Positions 24,741 to 33,007 of a stretch of DNA of 46,492 nt are shown in pieces. The stretch lies in assembly GCA_031429155.1 (NCBI GenBank), contig JANOZA010000625.1, positions 1 through 46,492 on the forward strand, given 5' to 3'. Position numbers and translations under genes: made by a program. The notes beneath the pieces were generated by a model. The model worked only from the letters and a program-made list of their open reading frames with translations, made no database searches and was not told the origin of the DNA. Numbering within the stretch: the first letter of the stretch is position 1; every line of letters starts with the position of its first letter. Origin of the DNA: Verrucomicrobiota bacterium. GTDB taxonomy: Bacteria; Verrucomicrobiota; Verrucomicrobiia; Verrucomicrobiales; V1-33.

Positions 24741-25101
24741 TTACTTAACTCTGACGGCGCGGAAGATCGTCGAGGTGCCGCTGACTTCATCGGCGATGAT
24801 ACCCAGCGGGCTGCCGTCCGCGGTGTCATCGGCTTTGATGAAGGCCATGCCTTCCGCTCCGGGGACGCCGGCGGGCGCAGCACAAGCGAGGCGGTGGTGG
24901 AGAAGTGGGGGGCTGATCCGCGCAGCCTCGCGCGGCAATTGTGGTGGCAGTGGCCTGCACCTTCTGGCCGACTTCGAAGACTTCGTTGGCATCTTTGACA
25001 AAGTGATCGGCCAACTGGCTGACGTGGACGAAACAACATAATCGCGGCCGGAAATCCGGCTCGACGACGCACTGACACTCTCCATGGAGCGCTGCTGACA
25101 T
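24741..25101 (-). pseudogene. Possible degraded S1 RNA-binding-domain gene remnant (frameshifted)
   Basis: One minus frame reads FVHVSQLADHFVKDANEVFEVGQKVQAT, a typical S1-domain core of the form GxVHxSqla..fV.d..ev..vGq.V. The expected ...RISLS continuation (REAARISPPLL) is in another frame. The N-terminal strand region looks shortened. No intact ORF covers the domain. Confidence 0.35.
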
Positions 25102-25130
25102 TTCTAACTCCGCGCAGAATACAACTCATC

Positions 25131-28100
25131 ATGACAAAACAAGAAACGATTTGGTTCGAGGCGTTGACGAAAGACCGGTTGGACAGTGCGTCCACTCTTG
25201 AGAAACCGTCCATGCGCGGCGTTCAGCGCAGCGTCGTGGACAAGTATTCCGACCAGGCGCATTTCGTCTATGAACTGCTACAAAACGCCGATGACGTGAA
25301 GGCGACAGAAGCGCGGTTTGAGTTGAAGGAAAATGGCTTGGTGTTCAAACACAACGGGACAACGCATTTTACTATCTCCGATCCGGCTACCGAGGACTCG
25401 GATTCGGGGAACGGCACGCTGGGGCATGTCAATTCGATCACGTCCATTGCCAACTCAAACAAGACACAAGCCTCCATCGGCAAATTCGGTGTCGGTTTTA
25501 AGGCGGTTTTTCAATACACGAGAACACCGCACATCTACGACCCCAACTTTCGCTTCAAACTCGAACGGTTTATCGTCCCGAGAGAACTGAAGGATAATTT
25601 TTCGCGACGCGAGGCATCCGAGACCGTATTCTGGTTCCCATTCGACCACGAAAGGAAATCCAAGGCGGAGAGCCACTCCGACATCTCCGAAAAGTTGAAA
25701 TCTCTCGTCTTCCCGGTTCTGTTCCTCTCGAATCTGGAATCCGTTTCATTCGATGCTGGCGGGCTGACCGGCCAATATTCCAAGAAGATTTCTAAAACCC
25801 AAACGGCTTACGGGATGACCGCCCGGCTGATCAGCCTCGTTTCCGAAACGAACGGGCGGAAGAACAATCAAAAACTCTGGCTGTTTACAAGAGAATGCGA
25901 AGAAGGTGGACATCCCTCTTATTCGATCGGGTTCTTCCTGAAAAACGGAGACCTGACGCCTGTCAGCCATCCCGCGTTCTGCTTTTTCCCCACCAAGGAG
26001 GCCACGAACCTCAACTTCATTCTACACGGGCCGTTCCTGCTGACCGACAGCCGTGAGGGCATCAAAGCGGGCGAGGAGTGGAACCGCGAACTAATCCAAA
26101 AACTGGCTGCGCTCGCGGCGGACAGCCTGCTGTTTCTTCGAGACAGGAAGCTCGTCACTGATGGCATCATCGGAATCATTCCCTACGCCAGGTTGGAATT
26201 CACGGATATTGCCGACCGCGAAAAAATCTCGTTTAAACCCTTTTATACTGCGATTGAGCAGAAATTTCAATCCGAGGAACTCTTGCCAGCGACGAATGCG
26301 CAGTATTGCTTGAAACGGCGTGCCTATTGGGCTTCCAACACGAAATTGGTTGCCCTTTTTTCGGATGCCCAACTTTCACTTTTGACTGGCACACCCAATG
26401 CGCACTGGGTGTTCCCGAGCCTTGGCAAGGAGGCTCTCAACTCTAATAAGGCACTCTTGGATTACATTGACGGCGGCAGTGGGCATGATTGGAACTATCG
26501 TCCTCCCAATCTCATTGTTCAAAGTCTTGACCCGGAAGCCCTGCTGAAGAAGATCTCAAAGGATTTTATTGAGGCGCAGCCGCAAAAGTGGCTTCATTCG
26601 CTTTACCTTTACCTAGCGGAACGTCAATCCTATCAGAAATGCGTCAGACCTAAACCAATTTTCCTCGATCAGGATGGAAACGCTGTTCCGGCTTATGACG
26701 AAAACGATCAACTCGTGCTGTTCCTACCGGACGACGACATCGACGGCTACACCACGATCAAGCGGCAAATGCTTTCCAACAAGGCGACACGTGAGTTCGT
26801 TGAAACGTTCGGTGTCAAACAGCCCAGCTTGCGCGATGAAATCTACAACAAAATCCTCCCAGCCTACGACACCAGCGAGGGGATCGACACAACTCCACAC
26901 TTCCAAAAGTTTTTCCGCTACTTCAAGGAGTGTCGGAACGAGGATGTGCCGTCATTCATCGGGCGCATCAAAGGCAAGGCGTTCCTGCTCTGTAAATCGG
27001 CGGACGATGAAAAGGAGTTTCGAGGCAGAGCCTCTGACATCTACATGCCGACTGATGATTTAAAAGCTTGGTTCGCAAACAAGCCTGACACCAGGTTTCT
27101 GCAATTGGATAGGTATCGGGAATTGGTGGGAGAAAGGGATCTTGACAAACTTGAAGACCTTCTGCGTCAATTGGGCGTTCGCCGATTCCCAGCCGTACAC
27201 TACAGGGAACTGGACCGGGGAGAAGCAGCGCGCATTGGGGCGGCCGGAATGATTAGGGGCCATTCTCACAAATGGACAGACAAATACATCGAGGGTTGCG
27301 CGCAACGGATTGCGGAAATTGACGCTCGAGCATCACTGCTGATGTGGAGAATGCTGCCCGAACTACTTCCGTTTTTGAATGGTGAGCATCAATGGATTTA
27401 CTCCTATAAGCCGCGGAATGAAATATTCACATCCAGCGAAACAAAGAGGTTGCGGACGGCGAAATGGATTCTCAACAAGGATGGGAACTTTGTTTCGGCA
27501 GATGATGTGACACTCCAGTCCCTATCGGAGCAGTACGACCATTCGAGCGACAGAGCGTCAGGCCTCATAAAATATTTACAGATCCGTGACGAGGCGCAGG
27601 ACAGTTCCCATCTGAACGACGACGAAAAGCGTCAAATTGAAGTCGGCAAAATGGCCGAGGCGGCGGGTCTTACTCCGGCGGAAGCGAAACTGGCGCTTGA
27701 GGAAGCCGCTAGAAAAAAATCGACACGGACCGTGCCGGCGAGGATCGACGCCAACGATGGAGGTGCAAACGGTGGAGAGAAAGGTGCACCGCCCGGTGAA
27801 GCTGGGCCGGACAACACAAGCGCCCTTCCATCTCAGCCGACCGCAGGGTTATCGAAGCTCGAACAAGACATTCTGGCACGGGTTCAAGCGCATAAGATTC
27901 GGAGAGGCGAGGACGGGACGGCGAATCGTGTGGCACCGGCTCATTCGGAAGTCGATTCGAGTGACCAGAAAGAGCCGGCCGAGATAGAAGACTCGGACGA
28001 CTATACTCCCCGTCCGGTGGATTACGGGAAGACGATTGAGCGCGCCAAGGAGCGCAACGCGACTGAGATCAGCGGATTGGAGCATAAGCAGGAACTGCTC

Positions 28101-29984
28101 GACAAGGCCAACTCCCTGCCCAAATACAGCTACGGATGGTTTCTCGCCCTGCTCGAATTGGAGTGTATGGCCAACGACGAAAAGAATGCGGACGGGAAGA
28201 CCATCTCCATCAGCTTCGGCAGAATCGAAAAGGATGAGCAATCGCCAAAGTCCATTGTCCTGAAGGAACCAAACCGCTTCATTCCGCAGTCCATCGAAGA
28301 GATTTCCGGCGGGCGCGTTGACATTGACTTCGCTGATGGTGCCAAGAAGAAGCTGCATATCGAGTCTTTCACGGCCAGGGAGTTCTCGCTGCTCGGCAAA
28401 CTGAAATCCGCGGACGAGTTGAAGGGGATTGATTTGAGCAAGATACTGGAGGCACGCATCAAGGTCCAGAATCCGTCATTCCTGTTACGCTCGTTGCTGG
28501 AGGGTTTCAGGGGATTGGGCCTCCAAGAGACGTTCGACATGAAGGCTAACTTGACGCCGGAAATTGAATTTGTCTTCGGGCCGCCCGGCACCGGGAAGAC
28601 GACGCATCTGGCGGAGAAAGTCTTGATCCCTTTGATGCGCGGAACTGGAAAGACCAGGGTGCTGGTCCTGACGCCGACCAACAAAGCCGCCGATGTGCTG
28701 ACCACCCGAATTATGGAGACAATGGGTGCGGACACATCTTACCAGAAATGGCTGGTCCGCTTCGGAACCTGTTCGGACGACCGGATCGAAGCGTCCGGGT
28801 TGTGGCGAGACCGCTCATTCAATTTCGGCGCATTAAACCGTTCCGTGACGGTCACCACCATTGCCCGTTTCGCCTACGATGGTTTTGCGATGGAACACGG
28901 CAAACTGCATGAATTGAAGTGGGACGCCATCGTCATCGATGAGGCGTCCATGATTCCGCTCGTCAACATTGTCTATCCACTCTACCAGCGGAAGCCGCGA
29001 AAGTTCATCATCGCCGGCGACCCTTTCCAGATCGAACCGATTGTCGCCGTCGAAATCGAGGGTTGGAAGGACGCGAACATCTATACGCTGGTCGGACTCG
29101 ACAAACCGGGTTCCTTCACGCATCCCGTCACGGAGCCGCACAACTATGCAGTGACGAATCTGGAGACCCAATATCGAAGCATCCCAGCCATCGGCGAGGT
29201 CTTCAGCCGCTTCACCTACAACGGCATTCTCAAACACCATCGGCCAACCGAAGCACAACGTCCATTGAAAGTCGATGGCATGGATGTCCGTCCCGTCAAT
29301 CTCATCAAGTTCCCGGTCAGCAGGTATGAGAGCATCTACAGGGCAAAACGTTTGGCCAGCGGGACGCCCTACCAGACGTATTCCGCCCTGTTCACCTTCG
29401 AGTTTGTCAGGTGGCTGGCTGGGCAAATTCAGAAGAACCACGCAGGGGAGCCGCGGTTCCGCATCGGCATCATCGCCCCCTACCGCGCCCAGGCGAACCT
29501 GTTGGAAAAACTGAACGACTCCTGGGCAGCCAAACCGGACAGTGTGGTGATCCAGGTCGGCACCATTCACGGCTTCCAGGGTGACGAGTGTGACATCATC
29601 ATCGCCGTCCTTAACCCGCCGCCAACTATCTCCAAAAGTCCGCAAATGTTCCTCAACAAGCAGAACATCCTCAATGTGGCCATTAGCCGTGCGAGGGACT
29701 GGCTCTTCATCATCATGCCAGACAAGCAGACGGAGAACATTCACAACCTGCGCAAGGTAGCCACAATCGAAAGACTTGTGAGAAGCGGCGGTGCGTTCAA
29801 AGAATATGACGCACATGCGGTAGAGAAAGTGATTTTCGACAATGATCGCTATCTTGAGGAGAAGACCTTTTCGACGGGGCATCAGATGGTGAACGTTTAT
29901 GTCAAGCCGGAGCGCCACTATGAGGTCCGCAGTGATGATTCGGCGATTGATGTGCAGATACACGGAAAGGACTTACATTACTGA
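25131..29984 (+). CDS. 1617-aa fusion protein: N-terminal sacsin/NO-VEIN-type GHKL (Bergerat-fold) ATPase, long uncharacterised middle region, and C-terminal Upf1/DNA2-like SF1 helicase
   Basis: The start is the ATG at 25131. GHKL motif I is FVYELLQNADDV (E48/N52/D55, nt 25272-25295), and the Gly-rich motif is IGKFGVGFKAVF (nt 25479-25505). Helicase motifs are Walker A GPPGTGKT (aa 1150-1157, nt 28578-28601), VLTPTNKAAD, VIDEASM (nt 28932), AGDPFQIEP (nt 29016), TQYRS (nt 29169), APYRAQ, HGFQGDECDIII (nt 29571) and NVAISRARDWLFII (nt 29673). An acidic/Gly/Pro-rich linker lies at about aa 835-960. Codon composition is visibly AT-richer than in neighbouring genes. Confidence 0.9.
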   Translation: MTKQETIWFEALTKDRLDSASTLEKPSMRGVQRSVVDKYSDQAHFVYELLQNADDVKATEARFELKENGLVFKHNGTTHFTISDPATEDSDSGNGTLGHVNSITSIANSNKTQASIGKFGVGFKAVFQYTRTPHIYDPNFRFKLERFIVPRELKDNFSRREASETVFWFPFDHERKSKAESHSDISEKLKSLVFPVLFLSNLESVSFDAGGLTGQYSKKISKTQTAYGMTARLISLVSETNGRKNNQKLWLFTRECEEGGHPSYSIGFFLKNGDLTPVSHPAFCFFPTKEATNLNFILHGPFLLTDSREGIKAGEEWNRELIQKLAALAADSLLFLRDRKLVTDGIIGIIPYARLEFTDIADREKISFKPFYTAIEQKFQSEELLPATNAQYCLKRRAYWASNTKLVALFSDAQLSLLTGTPNAHWVFPSLGKEALNSNKALLDYIDGGSGHDWNYRPPNLIVQSLDPEALLKKISKDFIEAQPQKWLHSLYLYLAERQSYQKCVRPKPIFLDQDGNAVPAYDENDQLVLFLPDDDIDGYTTIKRQMLSNKATREFVETFGVKQPSLRDEIYNKILPAYDTSEGIDTTPHFQKFFRYFKECRNEDVPSFIGRIKGKAFLLCKSADDEKEFRGRASDIYMPTDDLKAWFANKPDTRFLQLDRYRELVGERDLDKLEDLLRQLGVRRFPAVHYRELDRGEAARIGAAGMIRGHSHKWTDKYIEGCAQRIAEIDARASLLMWRMLPELLPFLNGEHQWIYSYKPRNEIFTSSETKRLRTAKWILNKDGNFVSADDVTLQSLSEQYDHSSDRASGLIKYLQIRDEAQDSSHLNDDEKRQIEVGKMAEAAGLTPAEAKLALEEAARKKSTRTVPARIDANDGGANGGEKGAPPGEAGPDNTSALPSQPTAGLSKLEQDILARVQAHKIRRGEDGTANRVAPAHSEVDSSDQKEPAEIEDSDDYTPRPVDYGKTIERAKERNATEISGLEHKQELLDKANSLPKYSYGWFLALLELECMANDEKNADGKTISISFGRIEKDEQSPKSIVLKEPNRFIPQSIEEISGGRVDIDFADGAKKKLHIESFTAREFSLLGKLKSADELKGIDLSKILEARIKVQNPSFLLRSLLEGFRGLGLQETFDMKANLTPEIEFVFGPPGTGKTTHLAEKVLIPLMRGTGKTRVLVLTPTNKAADVLTTRIMETMGADTSYQKWLVRFGTCSDDRIEASGLWRDRSFNFGALNRSVTVTTIARFAYDGFAMEHGKLHELKWDAIVIDEASMIPLVNIVYPLYQRKPRKFIIAGDPFQIEPIVAVEIEGWKDANIYTLVGLDKPGSFTHPVTEPHNYAVTNLETQYRSIPAIGEVFSRFTYNGILKHHRPTEAQRPLKVDGMDVRPVNLIKFPVSRYESIYRAKRLASGTPYQTYSALFTFEFVRWLAGQIQKNHAGEPRFRIGIIAPYRAQANLLEKLNDSWAAKPDSVVIQVGTIHGFQGDECDIIIAVLNPPPTISKSPQMFLNKQNILNVAISRARDWLFIIMPDKQTENIHNLRKVATIERLVRSGGAFKEYDAHAVEKVIFDNDRYLEEKTFSTGHQMVNVYVKPERHYEVRSDDSAIDVQIHGKDLHY

Positions 29985-30309
29985 ACAATCCCGACTCATT
30001 CTGGAAGCCATCGCCAAAGGCCACAGCTACGAGCAAATCCTCGTGCAGGAACTGGCTTGGACCTATCACGACATCTTCGCCGCCGCCGCGGAGGCTCTGG
30101 CGTTGGATGTCGGGGACGATGCCGAAGGAAAGGCATACTCAGTCACCGACATCCGCCATGAACACGCACAGGCCTACGTGAAGTGGGACGCCGTGCAGGA
30201 TGACGAACTGCGCACGCACTTCCGCGCCGGTCGGAGCGTGGAGGAAATCGCCCGCCTCATGCAGCGCCAGCCGGGCGGCATCCGCAGCCGGCTGGAGAAG
30301 CCGGGATAG
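29950..30309 (+). CDS. Small protein with two helix-turn-helix-like segments, overlapping the 3' end of the GHKL-helicase gene
   Basis: The ATG at 29950 overlaps the upstream gene by 35 nt, which suggests translational coupling. One HTH-like segment is ITEQSRLILEAIAKGHSYEQILVQEL (LuxR/sigma-r4-like). The other is WDAVQDDELRTHFRAGRSVEEIARLMQRQPGGIRSRLEK (SANT/sigma-r4-like). The start codon choice is uncertain, since the tracked ORF begins at 29899. Confidence 0.55.
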   Translation: MCRYTERTYITEQSRLILEAIAKGHSYEQILVQELAWTYHDIFAAAAEALALDVGDDAEGKAYSVTDIRHEHAQAYVKWDAVQDDELRTHFRAGRSVEEIARLMQRQPGGIRSRLEKPG

Positions 30310-30490
30310 GAATGAGCCGACTGCGGCCCGCGGCTGCGGGGCGTTTGCCCATGCTGCGGGAATTCGGTGAGCGGCAGGCGCGGTCCGGGGGGGTCGCTCT
30401 TCGGAAAAGAGATAGGGCCTCTATTTTAACGTCAGGATGGCACTGTTATCCGATGTTTCTTTCTGATACCAACCCTTAGAGGTGATATTA

Positions 30491-30714
30491 CCCACCCCTG
30501 TAGGTGGTTTAAGGTACCCCTGGAGGTACCTTTACCAGACTTCCTGCTCCGTGAAGGATCCCCAAGGGGTACCTTTACCAGACTATTTGCTCCGATTTAG
30601 GACCCCAAAGGCCCCCTCCACCCACCCCTGGGGGTGCCCCGGGGGGTGCCTGAGGGGTACGAATGGGTACCCTTTGGGGTACGATTACCTTCCTAAAACA
30701 TCTGGCATCGTACC
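30491..30714. repeat. Non-coding array of short direct and inverted repeats built around GGTAC(C/G) cores
   Basis: GGTACC occurs at 30513, 30525, 30568 and 30666. GGTACG/CGTACC occurs at 30656, 30678 and 30709. There are two 27-nt direct repeats, GGTACCTTTACCAGACTTCCTGCTCCG (30525-30551) and GGTACCTTTACCAGACTATTTGCTCCG (30568-30594). CCCACCCCTG occurs at 30491 and 30621. An inverted pair is CCCCAAGGGGTACC (30560-30573) / GGGTACCCTTTGGGG (30665-30679). Confidence 0.7.
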
Positions 30715-30791
30715 TATAGGGGTTCGGTTTCGGAAAATAATATCGGGTATTCTCCATTGTGGAGGTCAAGCATCAGAATAAAATAGCGGGC

Positions 30792-31196
30792 ATGAGTGAT
30801 CCAGAGCAGCCATTAGCGCCCGCAGAGGCCGGGCATTCCAGCCCCATGGAGACGCCGGGGAGCGTGGAGGTTTTGCCGGGGATTCCCAATTTTGTGCCGC
30901 GGAAGGATCCGGTGGTGACGGCGCGGTTTTTTGCGGCGCTGGGTAATGAGCAGCGGTGGGAGATGGTGCGGAAGCTGGCGGATGGCCGGGCGATGTCGGC
31001 GACCCACATGGCGAAGGCGTTGAAGCGGGATGCGGACATGGTGAGCAAGCATCTGCGGGTGCTGTGGCGCGCGGGGGTGGTGCGCTCGCAGCGCGGGGAC
31101 GATGAGCGGATGAAGCTGTTTTACATCCCCGCGGAAAACCGCCCGGAGCCGGGGGTGCTGGTGTGGGGCATTGTGCGCGTGGATTTGCGGCCCTGA
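30792..31196 (+). CDS. ArsR/winged-helix family transcriptional regulator
   Basis: The block RFFAALGNEQRWEMVRKLADGRAMSATHMAKALKRDADMVSKHLRVLWRAGVVRSQRGDDERMKLFYI is an ArsR-type wHTH layout. I chose the ATG at 30792. An upstream GTG at 30759 is also possible. Confidence 0.7.
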   Translation: MSDPEQPLAPAEAGHSSPMETPGSVEVLPGIPNFVPRKDPVVTARFFAALGNEQRWEMVRKLADGRAMSATHMAKALKRDADMVSKHLRVLWRAGVVRSQRGDDERMKLFYIPAENRPEPGVLVWGIVRVDLRP

Positions 31197-31651
31197 CAGA
31201 ACGGCGGAGCTGCCAGCCGCCGCTGATGACCGTGGCGGGGGTGCTGTCCGCGGCTTCGCAGTCGGTGGCGGCGCGGTTGAGCACGGAGGCGTAGGTCACG
31301 GTCCACTGAGCCAGGGTGAGCCGGAACTCACGGAGGTCGCGCTCCAGGTTGGCGAGCTGGGTCAATTGCTGTCCCATGGCGTTGGCGGCGGCGTTCACAT
31401 CAGGCGTAACCGGCAGGGCGGAATAGGCTGGCGTGGTGTTCATGCCGGCGCCTGTGAAGTCCGGGGAAGTGCGATGGAACCGGCGGAGCGAACGTAGCGC
31501 GGCCATGCGTTTGAGGCTGGCCGCGTTGGTTTCCGGGGACCAGGAGGAGGAGCCGGCACGGGCGTGATTCCATAAGCCGGAGTGCGGCATTTTTCAGCGG
31601 GCAGCGCTGGACAATGCGCAGGAAGGACGCTTCTCTCGCGGCTCTTCCATA

Positions 31652-32080
31652 ATGTCTGATCTTAAAACTCACCTCACCGCCCCCGATGCCAGCCACATAG
31701 ATCTGCCGTGGTGCCATGTGGAGGAATTCGTCACACCGGCCAATGCGGGCTCGGAGGAACTCTACCTCTGCCGGGCGACCTTCCCGCCCGGCGAGGCGCA
31801 TCTTTTCCACTACCACCCGGGGCGCGAGGAAATCATCTACGTGCTGGAAGGCCAGGCCGAGCAGTGGGTGGGTGAACAGAAGCGGGTGCTCAAGGCTGGC
31901 GAGATGGCGCTCATTCCCGCGGGAATGCCGCACATGACGTTCAATCCCGGGCCGGACACCTTGAAGTTCCTCGCCGTTCTCAACAACATCCGCGGCAGCG
32001 AGCCCATGGTGGTGGACTGCTTCCGGGAGGAGCCGTGGGTCAGCCATTTCACGCCCATCGAGTATCCGCCTGTCAGTTAA
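31652..32080 (+). CDS. Cupin domain protein
   Basis: The two-motif cupin signature is FPPGEAHLFHYHPGREEIIYVLEG ... AGEMALIPAGMPHMTFNPG. Confidence 0.8.
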   Translation: MSDLKTHLTAPDASHIDLPWCHVEEFVTPANAGSEELYLCRATFPPGEAHLFHYHPGREEIIYVLEGQAEQWVGEQKRVLKAGEMALIPAGMPHMTFNPGPDTLKFLAVLNNIRGSEPMVVDCFREEPWVSHFTPIEYPPVS

Positions 32081-32119
32081 TTTGCCTCTTCATTTCAACC
32101 AACTTCAATCCCCAAAATT

Positions 32120-33001
32120 ATGCCTAACGTCTGGACCGGAAAAGGTAATCCTTACACCCGCACTGAAGTCATCGAGCGTCTGCACGAGACGCTGCGGAAA
32201 AACCAGCCAGTCATCGCGGCCGGCGCGGGCACGGGCATCAGCGCCAAGTTCATCGAGAAGGGCGGGGCTGACCTGATCATTATTTATAACAGCGGGCGTT
32301 TTCGCATGATGGGCCACGGCTCCACTGCGGGCATGATGGCCTACGGCGATGCCAATGCCATCGCCATGGAGATCGGCGAGTATGAAGTGCTGCCCGTCGT
32401 GGAAGAGTGCCCGGTCATCTGCGGCGTTCACGCCACCGATCCGCGCCGGCGCATGTGGCACTGGCTGGGCAAGGTGAAGGAGATGGGATTCAGCGGCGTG
32501 AACAATTTTCCGACGCACACGATCATTGACGGACATTTCCGCGGCGTGCTTGAGGAGACCGGCATGAGCGTGAAGAAGGAGTATGAAATGGTCGCCCTCG
32601 CCCGGCGCATGGACCTTTTCAGCGTCGTCTATGTCGGCTCCGCTGAGGAGGCCATCGAAATGGCGAAGGCCGGTGCGGATTCGATCATCGCCCACGTCGG
32701 GACGACGGTCGGCGGCAGCATCGGGGTCACCAGCGCGGTAGTGACGTGGGATTTCGCCATCAAGCGCACGCAGGAGATCATTGATGCCGTGCGCACCGTG
32801 CGGAAGGACGTGATTTTCCTCGCCCACGGCGGCCCGATCAATACACCTGAGGACGCGGACCGCATCATGAAGGCAACGGACTGCGTTGGCTTCGTAGGAG
32901 CCAGTTCGCTGGAGCGAATGGGCGTCGAGCAGTCGCTCGTGGACCTCACGAAGCGATTCAAGGGGCTGGACTCGCCGAAGGGAAAGTCGTTCCTCGCCTG
33001 A
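32120..33001 (+). CDS. Phosphoenolpyruvate hydrolase-like TIM-barrel protein (PEP_hydrolase / TIM-barrel signal transduction family)
   Basis: Blocks are IAAGAGTGISAKFIEKGGADLIIIYNSGRFRMMGHGSTAGMMAYGDANAI and FSGVNNFPTHTIIDGHFR. I recognise the family by recall only. Confidence 0.7.
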   Translation: MPNVWTGKGNPYTRTEVIERLHETLRKNQPVIAAGAGTGISAKFIEKGGADLIIIYNSGRFRMMGHGSTAGMMAYGDANAIAMEIGEYEVLPVVEECPVICGVHATDPRRRMWHWLGKVKEMGFSGVNNFPTHTIIDGHFRGVLEETGMSVKKEYEMVALARRMDLFSVVYVGSAEEAIEMAKAGADSIIAHVGTTVGGSIGVTSAVVTWDFAIKRTQEIIDAVRTVRKDVIFLAHGGPINTPEDADRIMKATDCVGFVGASSLERMGVEQSLVDLTKRFKGLDSPKGKSFLA

Positions 33002-33007
33002 GCCTGT

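Noticed and set aside
30327-30346. The hairpin cccgc-ggct-gcggg followed by gcgttt, considered as a terminator of the small HTH gene
   Set aside because: It has only a 5-bp stem and a 3-T tract, which is too weak to call.
30482-30781. A 99-aa ORF (GTG start) spanning the GGTACC repeat array
   Set aside because: Its sequence (repeated GYP/GVP/PWG strings) is simply the translation of the DNA repeats. It has no start context and no family resemblance. I treated the region as non-coding.
21684-31200. Searched for an integrase, transposase, tRNA attachment site or terminal inverted repeats that would define the accessory region as a classical mobile element
   Set aside because: I recognised none by eye on either strand. 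The region is described as a rearrangement and acquisition hotspot rather than annotated as a mobile_element.
30766-31590. A 274-aa minus-strand ORF. Its segment from the ATG at 31443 (MNTTPAYSALPVTPDVNAAANAMGQQLTQLANLERDLREFRLTLAQWTVTYASVLNRAA...) looks protein-like.
   Set aside because: The frame has no stop until it has run antisense through the whole ArsR-like gene, whose wHTH motif is convincing. A genuine small gene here would need a sequencing frameshift. I left it unannotated, but RNA-seq or proteomics could revisit 31200..31443.
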